Shown here one piece after another: positions 46,171-58,218 of a stretch of 60,000 nucleotides of DNA. The DNA lies in the NCBI RefSeq assembly GCF_036321535.1, contig NC_087436.1, forward strand, positions 106,332,001 through 106,392,000, written 5' to 3'. Each line of letters begins with the position of its first letter. Within the stretch, counting starts at the first letter, position 1. Made by a program: the position numbers and the translations under genes. The notes beneath the pieces were generated by a model, which was not told where the DNA came from, did not search any database, and saw nothing but the letters and a program-made list of their open reading frames with translations. The stretch is from Camelus dromedarius (taxonomy: Eukaryota).

Positions 46171-47394
46171 GCAGCAAGGTCCACATAGTTATGTTTCTTG
46201 TTGTTATTTATCAACAGAGTGTCTCAGGTGCCAGTGTTGCAGGAAATTGAAACTGTCTTCCTGAAGTCTCCCCACCATCCCACAGATCCCAACCCTAATT
46301 GTTCCAGATAACTAGGTTTTATTTAGTCTAGAGGATCTAGCCTTTTTTTTTTTAAACACCAGGCTAGCGGGACAAGTGGACGCCATGCTTTCTGCTAGCA
46401 CTGCCACTTCTCCTGCTGCCACACAGTGTCACTGTTAGATGATGACCCTGCATGGCACAGCGGAGGCCAGTTCTTTGCTCTGCAGGGGCCTTTGTTGCTG
46501 CAGAGCTCCATGCAGCCCCAGTGGTGTCCCCTGGCTTGGGCTCCAGCTTGCCCCATTCTCTCACCACACTCGTGTGCTGAGCTGGTGATCCTCATAGCAT
46601 CACACCAGGACAGGGGAGCAGACTCTGGGTGGATGTCCAGTCTCAACCCAATCCACCCTTCCCAGTGTCACCCGGCTAGGCTCCCTCCCCTTCATATGGG
46701 TCGTCTCTGGGAACTTAATTGAGATTGCATCATTCTAATAGTGAGATTCCAATAACACTGAACATTAAGGGAGACCTTCCCATTTCTTTTTCCAGGAGTC
46801 GCCTTATCTCCATGACAATTTGTTCACCTGTCTCCAGAGGAGGGGTCTACATAGCTAGGGATGTTGGGGGGTATCTTTGTCAGACCACACAGGGCACATC
46901 ACATCTTCTCCAAATACAGTTGGTGCTCATCTCTCGACATGACTAAAGAAAGACTTGCTTTGCCCACCACTGGTGGATGAGTGGTCACAAGCTGCTGGCA
47001 CCCAGTGTCACATGAATGATTAAGTAATGGCTATGAAAATGCCTTCTCAGTAAAGCCCTACGCAAGTCAGTCCTTATGCTTATTATGGAGTGGGCAGGGA
47101 TGATTTATACGCATGGTGTAGGCAAGACTAGTACTCGTGAACTACAGCCAGGGAGCTGTAATAAAATGCTTTCTGCCTCAGAGTGTGCCAGCCAGGAGGC
47201 TGTTCTCCTTAATACTGAATCATGTTTCTTCCCTTTCTGCCCATGCTCTGTCATCTATTTTCATATTAATTTCTCTTGCTTAAGCGTCATAAGCTACCAA
47301 CCAGTGTGGGATGGGCCGGTGAGAGTCAGCCCACCCTATGGCACTTTTGTGTGAGGGGGAAGCTGCAAACACATGCTCCTGGAAACAGAGGGAA

Positions 47395-47580
47395 AATTAC
47401 AGTATTGATAATTTACAATGTGCCAGGCGCTTCTATACTATCTCATTTAATCCTTGAAACAACCCTGAAAACTTCCTTTTCACCTCTGGGGAAAGAAAGA
47501 TGGAGGTGGTGAGCTGCAGGGACGGGCCCAAGTCCACGTGGCTCTTGAGTGGCAAAAGCAAGAGGCCGACTTCCTCATCT
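47395..47580 (-). mobile_element. MIR fragment
   Basis: acaatgtgccaggcgct...tatctcatttaatccttgaaacaaccctg. Confidence 0.65.
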
Positions 47581-48299
47581 GATTGTTTTCTGCTCTAGTG
47601 CACCCCCTGGCTTCCGGAAAGGGAATGGCCCCCACTTAAAAAATAACTCCCAGAGCTCTCAGACATTTTGGCATCAGAATAATTGGGAAGAAACTCCAGG
47701 TAATGGCTCCATTCCTTCCTGTTGAGCTTTGCTTTAGCTTTGGGGTTTTCTGATTTTATTCCCTTAGAGCCACCACTGGTAGGGAAGAGTGTGCCCACAC
47801 AAGTGTTCTCTCTTGTGGAAGCACCTAATGTTAGCCTAGAACCAGCAAGACTTGGATTCCTAGACCTCACATTCTGGTCGCTTTCCCTTCTGCAGAACAA
47901 GTTACTATATAGCCTTTGTCAGGGAGATCTTAGCATGTGCAGCCCCTGAGTAGTCAGATGTGGCACATCAGCAGGCGAAGTCTAGCTTTCCCCTTTCACA
48001 TAGGAATCCTTCCTACGTAGGTTTCTCCATGAAATTCTAGCTTCCTTGATTTACCTCCAATAGATATCTTTCTACTAAATACAATTTTTATTTCTCATTG
48101 TTAAAATGTTCACTTTGTCAAAATACTGTTTGTATTTATTTAAAAAAAAAAAACTATTTTCTGTTCCATTTTCCCTGCTGTAAATAGGAATTTTTGTCCA
48201 CTGCCATTTATTGCCTTTCATTTAGTTGCTAATGTTTCTTTAATTACATGGGATGTTTGTTACGCTTTTTCTTACCCAGTTGTCTTTCCTAAAAGAGCA

Positions 48300-48420
48300 C
48301 AGTCGGGCACTTGCTCCAGGTTAGGCCCCCTTATGCTACTTACTATCTGTGTGATCCTGGAAAAGTCATTACATATCTCTGAGCTTCAATCTGTAAAATG
48401 GGAAGAATAACATATGACTT
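48300..48420 (+). mobile_element. MIR fragment
   Basis: acttactatctgtgtgatcctggaaaagtcatt...ctctgagcttca...ctgtaaaatggg. Confidence 0.7.
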
Positions 48421-48686
48421 CCCTGAAGGCAGAAGGAAGGTGGGCGAGGTAATTTTCAACTAAAGAAAGTATGATTAGTGCTACTCAGAACATTCTCTGA
48501 TGTTCTCTGTCTTCTCATGGATTTGCGTCTTTTTAGAAGCCTTTCCATCTTTATTGACCCTCACCTTTGATTTTGAGTTATGCAGTCCCTATACTTTTGT
48601 ATAATTTTTCTTTTACTTTTACTTCTTGTGATTTCCATTTGCTGAATGAATGGATGGATTTGCTTGCTTTCTACCTGCTTACCTAT

Positions 48687-48710
48687 CACCACCACCACCA
48701 CCACCACCAC
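48687..48710 (+). repeat. (CAC)8 microsatellite
   Basis: Eight perfect CAC units at the tail of an antisense MIR. Confidence 0.95.
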
Positions 48711-48714
48711 TACC

Positions 48715-48920
48715 ATTCCTATCTGCTGAATACCTACTACGTGCCTGGCTGAGCATTGAACATGACCCCCATAATTCCTGTGAACAACCCTGACAGTTGG
48801 GTGTTATTATCCCCATTTTATAGATGAGAAGACTGAAGCTCCTCGAGTTGAAATAATTTGACTGAGGTCACACGTGATTAAGTGGTGGAGCCGGAATGTG
48901 GACTGGGTATTTCTGATGAC
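48715..48920 (-). mobile_element. MIR SINE
   Basis: gaatacctactacgtgcctggc...acaaccctg...ttattatccccattttatagatgagaagactga...aggtcacac. Confidence 0.85.
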
Positions 48921-48959
48921 GTTCCAGTGGCTCCTATTCATCTAGCGCCCTCCACATGT

Positions 48960-49120
48960 CAGCCACTTAGCACGTATCACCTCTTTTTACCCTCACAGCA
49001 GAAATATTGTATATTAGGCATTATTATTCCATTTTACTACTGTGGACAGTATAGCTTAGAGAGAGGTCCATACGCCAGAGGCACACAGCCAATAACTGTT
49101 CTCAAGTCCAGTGTCAGGTG
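48960..49120 (-). mobile_element. MIR fragment
   Basis: cctcacagca...taggcattattattccatttta...cttagagagg. Confidence 0.55.
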
Positions 49121-50739
49121 ACCTCCCCTCTCCCTTCCTTTCTGCTGTCTCTTTGTGAATGAATCAGGGAGTGAATGCGTCACCTTCCTTTCTTCCTCTT
49201 TTCCACTATTCTTTGCTTCCTTTATTTTCCTTGGGAAAAGAAAAAAAAAAAGAAATGACAACTTTTCAAATTAAAAATCTAAAACATGCTAGAGGGAAAA
49301 AAAAAGAGGGGGGAGGGCGGCAGAAAAGCACAGAGAAACCGGAGCCAGTCCACAGTAACCTTCCACCCAGAGGTGACCACGTTCCTTCTTATCTCCCCCC
49401 TCCTTCCTGCCCTTACCTTTGCGTCCTCTTAGCCAGGAATCACATTCCTCCTCTGCCCCTTCCAGCACAGACTCCCTTTGGGGGTCCGAGTTGCCCCGCT
49501 GGGGCACTTGGCGCAACGTGCGACACATGCATTTGCAAAACTAATCAAGTGTGGCAGGGACAGGGAGTCCCAGCACAGGCCGGGAAAGGCAGCAGCGGCC
49601 GCCCCAGCAGAGGTGGGGTGAGCCAGTGCCTCCCTGTCACCGAGCCCCAGCTGCCCCCACCGGGCTGTGAAGCAACAGAGGCCCTAGCAACGGAAAATGC
49701 CACCGGACACTCCGGGCGGCGGCATGTGCGGGGCGGCCTCTGGGAGCCTTTCGTTCTAAGCCAAAGTTCAGCTGAAGGGCAGGAGCCAAGCCAGAAAGTC
49801 ATGTGGCTCTCATGTTGGTTAGTGTGTCACTTTGAACAGCTCTTATCTGATATTATTATGACTAACCCGGTGCTGACAGCATGGGACAGATTATTGGGGC
49901 CATGTGACAATTATTTAAGGCATCATGGAGGGCACTGGGCAGCTCGTATTAACCCCTTCTTGCCCGAATCACTTTCCCACATGAGTTTGTTCCCTGGAGA
50001 ATCTGGGTAGGCAAGGGAGGGGGGAAAGAAATCAAAACGTCCATTGGACCTGGAAGAGTCCCCCAGTCCTCTTTTGGATGACCCCTCTGTAGCAATTTAT
50101 TTTTGTCCCCATAGCTTGAGTGGTATATGCTCTTTAGGCTTAAAAAAAAAAAAATCAATGATGATGGTTGTTCATATTTCAGAACTCTTTTCTTACAGCT
50201 TGTACTGATAAAATTCTATGCCTTTGTCGATGTCATTGCTAAGGGTGATCTTTAAGATATTAAAGAACCACATTGAAGGCCGAGCTGGAGAAACAGTGCT
50301 TTCCAGCGCCGCACCTAAATGTCAACAGTGAGAAGGCATTCCTCCCCACCATATGATTGGCGTCTAGGATGGTGCAGAGCAAACATAAGAAATGCTATGA
50401 TTTATTATTTATATGCTGCCCTGAGTGTACATGGACTGGCACAATGGATGCCAGGTGCCTGAGGGCTGCCACGCCAAACAGCAAATTCACAGCCACTCGT
50501 GTGGCCGAGAGGGATTTGGTCCTGCTTGCGGCCACGGGAAGCAGTGTAAATGATCTTTATGGTCCTCTGAAAAGAAATTTCAAACCTTATTTGGGGACTT
50601 AAATAAAACAGAGGGTTTGGATCCAAATTCCGATGACATCATCTAAAAAAATGTCCTGGGTGCTAACCACACTCAGTGGGGTACCCTGGGATCTCAAACC
50701 CTTAGGAGGTGTTGGAAAACAGCCATGCTCTGAGGATTT

Positions 50740-50872
50740 CCTTAGTGAGTTTCCTTGTTAACATTCAGCTATAAAATGGAATAATAATAGTACCTTCCTT
50801 ATTGGGTTGTTAAAAAGATTTAATGAGGAAAGGCTTAGACAGGCTTAGCCTAGGGCAGAATGAGTGCTCAGC
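50740..50872 (+). mobile_element. MIR fragment
   Basis: ctataaaatggaataataatagtaccttcc...gggttgtt...gatttaatgag. Confidence 0.65.
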
Positions 50873-52104
50873 GAAAGGTGGCAGGTGTTAGTCCAGGCAT
50901 TATTCTTCTGGTTGTCACTGTTTGCATGCTCGGCAGCAGAAGGTGGAAAACTCTGAACACAGGCTTGAAGTGTTGACATTTCCAGGATGATTTCAACCTT
51001 GGGGCCGTTTCATTCTTTTCCTACTGGGGGTCAAGCCATTCCTAAATCCTCCCCCCACATCCTCAGTGCCACACTTCCTCCCCTCAGTAAAGTGCCTGCT
51101 ACTGCCTTTGTCTCTGACATCCATCAATGTCTCCACTTTGTCACTGCAGAGGCACCAGGACCACTTCCAGCAAAATGATGGAGTGAGTGGGAGGCCCTGG
51201 GGAGGCAGCGTCAGCCTCGCCCCTGTTGCCCCAGACAGGTCAGCTCTAGCTCCAAGCTCACATGTGCCACTCAGCCGTACAGCAGGCCTGTGGTTAGCTG
51301 GGCCCACATCCTTAGATGGTGGTTTACGGAGCATCTGTTACGATGTGAGCGCAGGCTGGGGGGTTTCATTCTTCCACCTGGAGCAACTTAGCACAGTTGT
51401 CCTTCTTCCACATCTAGCGCCCTCTGTCTAACTTTCTCCCCAGCAGGGAGGGCTTTACATCCTTTATAGATTAGCTCTCTGTGTCTCCCCCTTGACCTGA
51501 CACTTAATCCAGTTTTGGTGAGTTACTTATTCATTTATTTCACAATACTGGTTGTGTGCCTATTTGATGCCAGGCCCTCTTCTAGGGCCTGGAGATGCCA
51601 AACAGGGAACCTGAAAGCCCAGAATAATTCTGCTGCCTCTATTCTTCCAACAAAAACTGGATTTTTCCCTCTAAGGACATTCTACTCAATGATGGCTGCA
51701 TATAAGGACAATGACCCTTGGGAGGGTAACCCATCAAATTCTGAGACTTAGGCCAGACTCTTTCCCCTGATACCTCTATGCTGATGAATCCAATCAGGGT
51801 TGACAGTCAGCTGATATCATGGCAGTATCAGCTGTCAAAATGCTGAAGTGCTTGTGGGTAAGGAGCTGTTGCCTGAGCCCTGGGAGTGCCATCCCCCCGT
51901 CACCCTGGCTTTTGTTCTTGGAATCCCTTGGTCGCCTCATGACCTGGGAGCCAAAGGATTCGTTGTTATAGCAGGGCCATCTAGAATAGGTTCTGATTGG
52001 TTGGTGTCCATTTCCATTTTGGCTATTAAGCCTCTGAACATTTTTGACTCATGGCCCAATTTATTTGCATGATGTAGAAGTCAATCATCATGAGCTGAAT
52101 TTTG

Positions 52105-52355
52105 GTCGAGGGCGGTGGAGTCCACGGTGGAAGATCCTGAGCTGCATCAAGATTCCATCCCTCCGGATTGGTGTGGCTTTGGATGAGTTATTCTCAATTC
52201 TTTCGTTTTCCTTTTTGGACATGGGGAGGATAGGAACACCTAGAGCCCAGGCTGCCTAGGGCCACGGCGAGGATGCCTAAATGCAGGTCTAAAGCACCTG
52301 AAACAGCTCTGCAACATGGCGAGTGCACAGCAGAGATTATTATTTATTCTTATTG
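52105..52355 (+). mobile_element. MIR SINE
   Basis: gtgtggctttggatgagttatt...atggggaggataggaacacct...taaagcac...(tta)n tail. Confidence 0.6.
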
Positions 52356-52639
52356 TTATTAGATCATTTGGCAAAACTCATGTTCCAATTTAATTAATTT
52401 CAAGAAAAGGTGAACCAGCTTCGATTACTCTCTTCCCTCACTGCCAAACAAAACCGAGAAAAAGACCATAAACCTTTTGTTGAGGGATGTGAAGAAAAAA
52501 ATGTATATGAAATTCTTGTTTTTCTGGCATGATAAGATGGTAGCAACTTTAAAATATCTATGTGTAGGATAGATGTGTATATGCCTTTTGGTGAGAGATC
52601 CTGCTTTCAATAATTGTTGTTTTGTGTGTGGTAGATGTA

Positions 52640-53300
52640 GAGATGGATCAGAGTGGCCCTGCCATCAACCAGACCATTAACAGGTGTATAGACCAATGAT
52701 TATAATGTGCTGGGTGCCACAGTAGGGTGGGTGCACTATGCCTTCTGGAGCCTTGAGCAGCAGGACCTCAAGGGGTCAATGAGACCTCCTGGACAAGCTG
52801 ACATCTTAGCTGATTCTTAAAGGAAGAGATGTTAGATAAGGGAAAAGGCCCAGAAAGAGACGTCAGGTGGAGCTTGAGCAAAGGATGAGTGAGAAAGAGC
52901 TTTCTTTTGGAAGCTGGAAGTGGTGGGAGGTGGTGGAGGGGGAGACGGGGGTGATCAGAAGTCAGACTGGAGGCATGGGCAGGGCCTCCCTGCCAGGTTC
53001 AAGGGCATCCTCTAGGTCAATGTAGAGACCCTGAAATGATGTACAACAAGGTGGGTGTGGCCAGAGTTGTGTTTAAAGAAAGATCCCTGGAGTGGAGCTG
53101 ACATGGGCCTGAACTAGGGCAGTGGGAGTGAAATGGAAAAGAAGGAACTGATTTAGGAGTGGTGAGGAACTAAAAGTGATGATTCTACTTCTGGTTTGTG
53201 GATATTTGTGGATCTTGCTGCTACTTTCCAACTGATACCAACACCACAGACAGAGCAGCGGCTGGGTTCGGGGAGAATGTGAAGATACAGTTTGGATACT
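52640..53300 (-). mobile_element. L2 LINE fragment
   Basis: ttagctgattcttaaagga...gtttaaagaaagatccctgg...ggcctgaactagggcagtggg. Confidence 0.6.
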
Positions 53301-55709
53301 CGGCGTTTCCCTGGACTTGAGGGATGCTGGTGGTCGGCAGCCCACGGACTCAGAGCAGAGGGGGCCTTCTGGGCTGGAGACACAGATAGGGGGATGGTTA
53401 TGGTAGTGATGGTGGGTAAAACCTTGAGAGGCAATGCCATCCTGCAAGGAAAGAACAAGCAGAGCGAACCGAGAACAGAATTATAAGGAACACCAACATT
53501 ATGGGGATGGAACACAGAGAAATAGCGTTTGGAAAGGCAGAAACCATAGAAAATACAGCATGACTAAAATCAAATTCCAGGGGGTCAGGTAGGCAGACAG
53601 TCTTGCGCAATTCATACTCCTCTATTATACTTCTTTGGTAACGCGTCAAGTTCAAAGTTTCATAGGAATTGCCTTAACTTCTTTGACTATATGTGTGTAT
53701 ATATATATAGTTTGTTTAGTATTTTTTAAAAATATCATATTTCAGGACAGGTAACCTTAAGCATTTTTCTTTCTTTTTGCCTGTAGACTAAAATCAAAGT
53801 ATAAAGTGGGACATAAAAACGATCTTCGTAGGTCCCCTCGTGTCTCACCCCGCCCAGTGAAAACTAGACTCGTAAAATCTTATGTTTGAGGCCGGGATTG
53901 AGTTTAGGTCAATCGTTCTTTTTAACTGAATCCATTCCATTTTCTCTCATCGTCCTCAAAAGAGGGTCCCTTCACTGCTTTCCACATTCTTTCATGAGAT
54001 GTTTGTCCTAAATCTTTTACTTTGAGTGGCACTTATACACGAGACTCCAGCACAGAGCAGATGCGCTCATTTAATAGTTTGCTTTGATGGCTCCTTTAAG
54101 AGGCTTTATAATCTTTATATTTTACCTTTGGGTTTGGAATTTTATGCTCCTTTAACAGGTGTATTACCTTCATCAGATGCTTTCATTTTAAGCTGTTGAC
54201 TTATAAACACATGGCCTGCGGGGATCGGTGTGCAGAAAATTTATTCGCTTACAGATTTATTCTCCTGTTCATTTTTGTATTTAGTGCAGGGCTATGCAGA
54301 GAGCCTTAGATTGATTGATAATGACAGTTCATTGGTAAAAATGACTCTTTTGATGACCAAAATAATTGTTTCTTCCAGTTGACAATGGGTCGGTGAAAGA
54401 TCACTTTTATTGAGGGGATTTTTAGAAAAGTTAATTAAAAACAAAATGCTTTCAGGACCATATCTAGTTCCCTGGGTTTGCGTTTTAGGAGAAAATTGTG
54501 CTTACACATCTCTCCTGAGGACACTTGCAGGTTTGTCTTTTAAGCTATTTAATTGTTCAAGTAGTTCATACTTTTCAAAACAAAATGTGTTTTGCTCGAC
54601 ACCAGTGTGGTCTGATCTCATGACCACGAACCTGTCATGTTTCTATAAAAGAGAGGGAAGAGGGAGAAAACCGTCCATCTGTTTGAAGGAGGATGGAGCA
54701 GGAGAGGCTTAAATGAAAACTGAAGTGCTAGGACAGGTGACCACATCCCTTGTGCCCTTTGATGATGTGAATGGGGACAGAATTCAGTGAACATCTGTGG
54801 TGAGGAAGTTGGTCCTACCCGGGCTTGGTGCTGCATGGAAGTTTGTATCTGCAAAAGGCAGATTGTCCCAGAGCCTTGTGATTGGGGTCCTGCCTGAGAA
54901 AACAAATGGAATAAAAAACCCTTACCTTTGGCCTTAGAAATTTGGACATGTCTCCTGTGGACACTAATGGAGCAATCTTTCCTTCCGATGCACTGAGTGT
55001 CCCTAAAAGTGGAGTAGGGAGCCTCCTAGGAGGGGGAGGGCAACACACTTGTCTACACAGAGAGGGAGGCCAACAGGCTGAAGACTGGCCATTTGGTGTC
55101 CAGACTGTTTTGCAATACAAAATGAAGCTGATGGTGTAGTCACTCTTCTATGACTGATCATCTTCATCGTAAAACCACTGTGTGATTCATCACAGTATCG
55201 TGGCACTTCTACCTGTGCCCAGGAGAGGCAAGACCAAGCCTGAAACTGAGTTACCCTTGCTTCCCAGACTCAGGAACGGCACCCCCCTTAGCCAAGAGCG
55301 GGAATGCAGACCAGCCCTGGAAGGAGAGCTCACGATTTCTCCTTGCGTTCTGGGCTGTGGTCCTTTCAGAGAAAACTGTGTGGCTTCAACAAGGGCAAAA
55401 TGAATGAAAATATGAAGAAGGAGCTGAGGATGAGAGTGGAGAAATTATTTTGAAAGTGAACTTTTTTGGAAACACTTTACTTCAGGGGAAAGGTCGGCAT
55501 GGATAAGATGCTTCTCTCTCTCTCATCTCAGGAGGCAGTCAAGTTAAAGTTTTACTTCAGTATAATTGGAGCATGTTTAGAATCTGTTTCTCAATATATG
55601 CTGATCAGGTTATACTCATTTCTCTCTTTATTCTGACAGCTCTTTGATGTACTTCTTTTCCAGCAGTCACTTCATCCTTCTTTTTGCATCTAAAGTGTTT
55701 GTTGATGAT

Positions 55710-55870
55710 GCATTTTCCCTGCAGGACTGTGAATTCCTTGAGAGGAGAGTCCATGTCTTACTCACTTTTTTTGTTTCCATCACTAGCATTTAGTCATTAC
55801 ACAGTAATCGTTCTCATATTAAGTTCATTAAGCTCATTTGTTGAATGAATGAATAAGTGAGTAAATAAAT
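55710..55870 (+). mobile_element. L2 3' end
   Basis: gactgtgaattccttgagagga...catgtcttactcac...atttgttgaatgaatgaataagtga. Confidence 0.7.
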
Positions 55871-55999
55871 TAATGATGGAGCCAGTGAAGAAGTTATAAA
55901 AGTAACAGATATTAGAATAGAATTGTTTTCAAGGGGGTGAGTCAGGCATACGGCCACGTCCCTCACCCGCCTCTTTTGATCTGTGTATAATTTAAGGCT

Positions 56000-56163
56000 C
56001 TTGTAACTTATGGTGAAAAAGAATATGAAAGCAAATACATGTATGTTCACATATGACTGAAATATTGTGCTGTACACCAGAAATTGACACAACATTGTAA
56101 ACTGACTATATGTCAATAAAAACATATGTATAAGTTAAAAAAAAAAATCCAAAAGAAAAAACA
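56000..56163 (+). mobile_element. Short 5'-truncated camelid-type L1 3' end with poly(A) tail
   Basis: gaaaaagaatatgaa...tgactgaaatattgtgctgtacaccagaaattgacacaacattgtaaactgactat, A-tail, flanking aaggct repeat (55994-55999 and 56164-56169). Confidence 0.85.
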
Positions 56164-57299
56164 AAGGCTTTCGACTCAATTCCATAGCTCAGTCTGCCCA
56201 TCTCTCCATTGTCTTCAAAAATACTTCTCCAACACACTAAATCAGGGTGGAGACTCACTTGTTAAGGGCAAGGAGCTTCAGTATCCTTTTGCCAAAAAAA
56301 AAAAAAAAAAAACCCACAAACCTCGCTCTACTGGAAGCTCTGTTATTTTCAGAAAAAGTAACCTGGAGTTGTACAGCACCAGAGGAGTTAATGGCAGCCA
56401 ACAAAATGAAAACCAAAAGCTCCTGGGGAAAAGTCAAGAGCTAGAAAATGCAATAGTTAGCTGATAAAATGTCTGCTTCAGTTTTGGCCAACTTCCTTGA
56501 ACCTTGCCCCATTGCCGGGGCCTCCGGTTGAAGTGGCAAAGAGGTGTCGGTGATAAATCGCCCTGCCAGGAAACAGCACAAACTTTGGAAAATTACATGT
56601 GGAAGCCAGAGGGGCTGCAACCACGGTGTACGTAGCACGGGCGAGCCAGCAGGCCCCCAGTCGGGGTGAATATTTATCCCTCCTGAGCCACAGGGTGCCT
56701 TCTGTTCATTCATAGATGGAAAATGAGTTGGGCGTTTTTCATTGAAGCATTCCATTGTATCTGTCAGGAGTAAACCAAACACACAGAGAGCAAAAATGCT
56801 GGCAGAAGCCTTCATCTCAGACCCAGAGAGTCAGTGCCTTACCGAGGACCACTGAAGTCAACTCCTCCTTCTAGTCTCGGTTTGCTTTTAACACTAAAAA
56901 AAAAAAAAAAATCAAAGGAAAGTGGACTAACTGAACTAATAAAGCTAATCCTCTTAAAACATGACAGAGTTTTTTTTTTTTTTTTTGAAAAAAAAAAAAA
57001 AGGAGCTGAGCCATTGTGTGAACACATCTACGCCCTGCTGTTCCTGGGGGCGAGAAAGGAGGAAAACCCCTGGATGGCTACAGACACTCAGACCACACAG
57101 GAATGTGTGCCTGCGTATCTTGGCCAGAAAGTGAAGTCGTCGTAGAGATGCTCCTTTCTTGCTGTGATGGGATGTTGAGGGCTCCCTGTCTTCCGCTGCA
57201 TACCAAAGCTGAGAAATATACTGTGCCCCAGCTGGAATCAATTTCTCTTCGAGTGCCAAACACCCGGTCCATCAGGGGCCAATTTCTCACATGCCTAAC

Positions 57300-57490
57300 A
57301 TTTCTCCCTTCCACCGAAGGATCTTTAGTGTTTGTGTGTTATTTCTCCGATCAGACTGCAAATTCCATAAGGTCAGAATCCAGATCTGATTATCTGGGCA
57401 TCCTTCCCTGCTCTGCCTACCTTCTAGTATGATAGGGACCTTGCATGAACATTGTGGATATTCAATAAATATTTGTGGAATGAGTGAATG
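57300..57490 (+). mobile_element. L2 3' end
   Basis: tcagactgcaaattccataaggtcag...ttcaataaatatttgtggaatgagtgaatg. Confidence 0.7.
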
Positions 57491-58189
57491 ATGTTATTCC
57501 CAGTCGATGGGTAATAAGCAAGGTTCACACACTTAGAAAGTGCCTTCTAACATTTCTAGAACCACATTATAATTTTAGGACCGGCAGAGGCATTCTATTT
57601 AGGTGAATGGCGTATTTTCCTCAAAACCACGGAATCAGTGTTATTATTCCTTTCGGGATTTAAGTTCCTTTTGGAAGCTGAGTCCAAGTAACATTCCCCC
57701 CACCCCATGCCACGAATGCACAAAATGTGCACCTGTAAAACCGTCCTTGCATTCACTTGGCTCTGCGTGTCTTTTACAATAAATTCCAGAGGAGTCCTCC
57801 ACACAGAGTGCTTATCTGCTTAACCCCTCCCCTCCCACCTGCCTGCTTGATGGCATCTGAGCGCTTTCAGACAGTTCTATTGTCGTCAGTGAAATGTCAA
57901 ACAAAATGGTGTTCAGTGTGCCCCGGGGGGGCTTTGCACGAGTTGCTGCCTGGCATCCGGGAGCCTGCCATGTAGTGCGGTGGTTTATTTAACGAAAGGG
58001 CAGCCAAGTCAGATCCCACGCCTGGCCTGGCTCGGGCTGAGAACTGGAGACGCCGAGAGAAAGGTAGTCTGAAATGACAAGGTGTTTCACTCCCATGCAC
58101 TTCTCTGCGTGGAGACTTTCTCAGGAGTCGAAGAGCCCCTTCTCATTCATCCAGTGCCATTCCTTACACTCCCTACCCCCATCTCCCCA

Positions 58190-58218
58190 GCGCGCGCACA
58201 CACACACACACACACACA
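58190..58218 (+). repeat. G(CG)3(CA)11 alternating purine-pyrimidine microsatellite
   Basis: gcgcgcgcacacacacacacacacacaca. Confidence 0.95.

Noticed and set aside
45620..47330. Possible old LTR/ERV-derived sequence
   Set aside because: The composition is suggestive, but I could not match it to a family or define its ends, so it is not reported as a feature.
48567..48752. ORF with a poly-His run
   Set aside because: It is the translation of the (CAC)8 microsatellite at a MIR tail.
49159..50010. Longest ORF (283 aa, + strand)
   Set aside because: It begins in low-complexity A-runs, is Pro/Gly-rich as expected for GC-rich DNA, and shows no recognisable domain or gene structure; a chance ORF over a regulatory-looking region is more likely.
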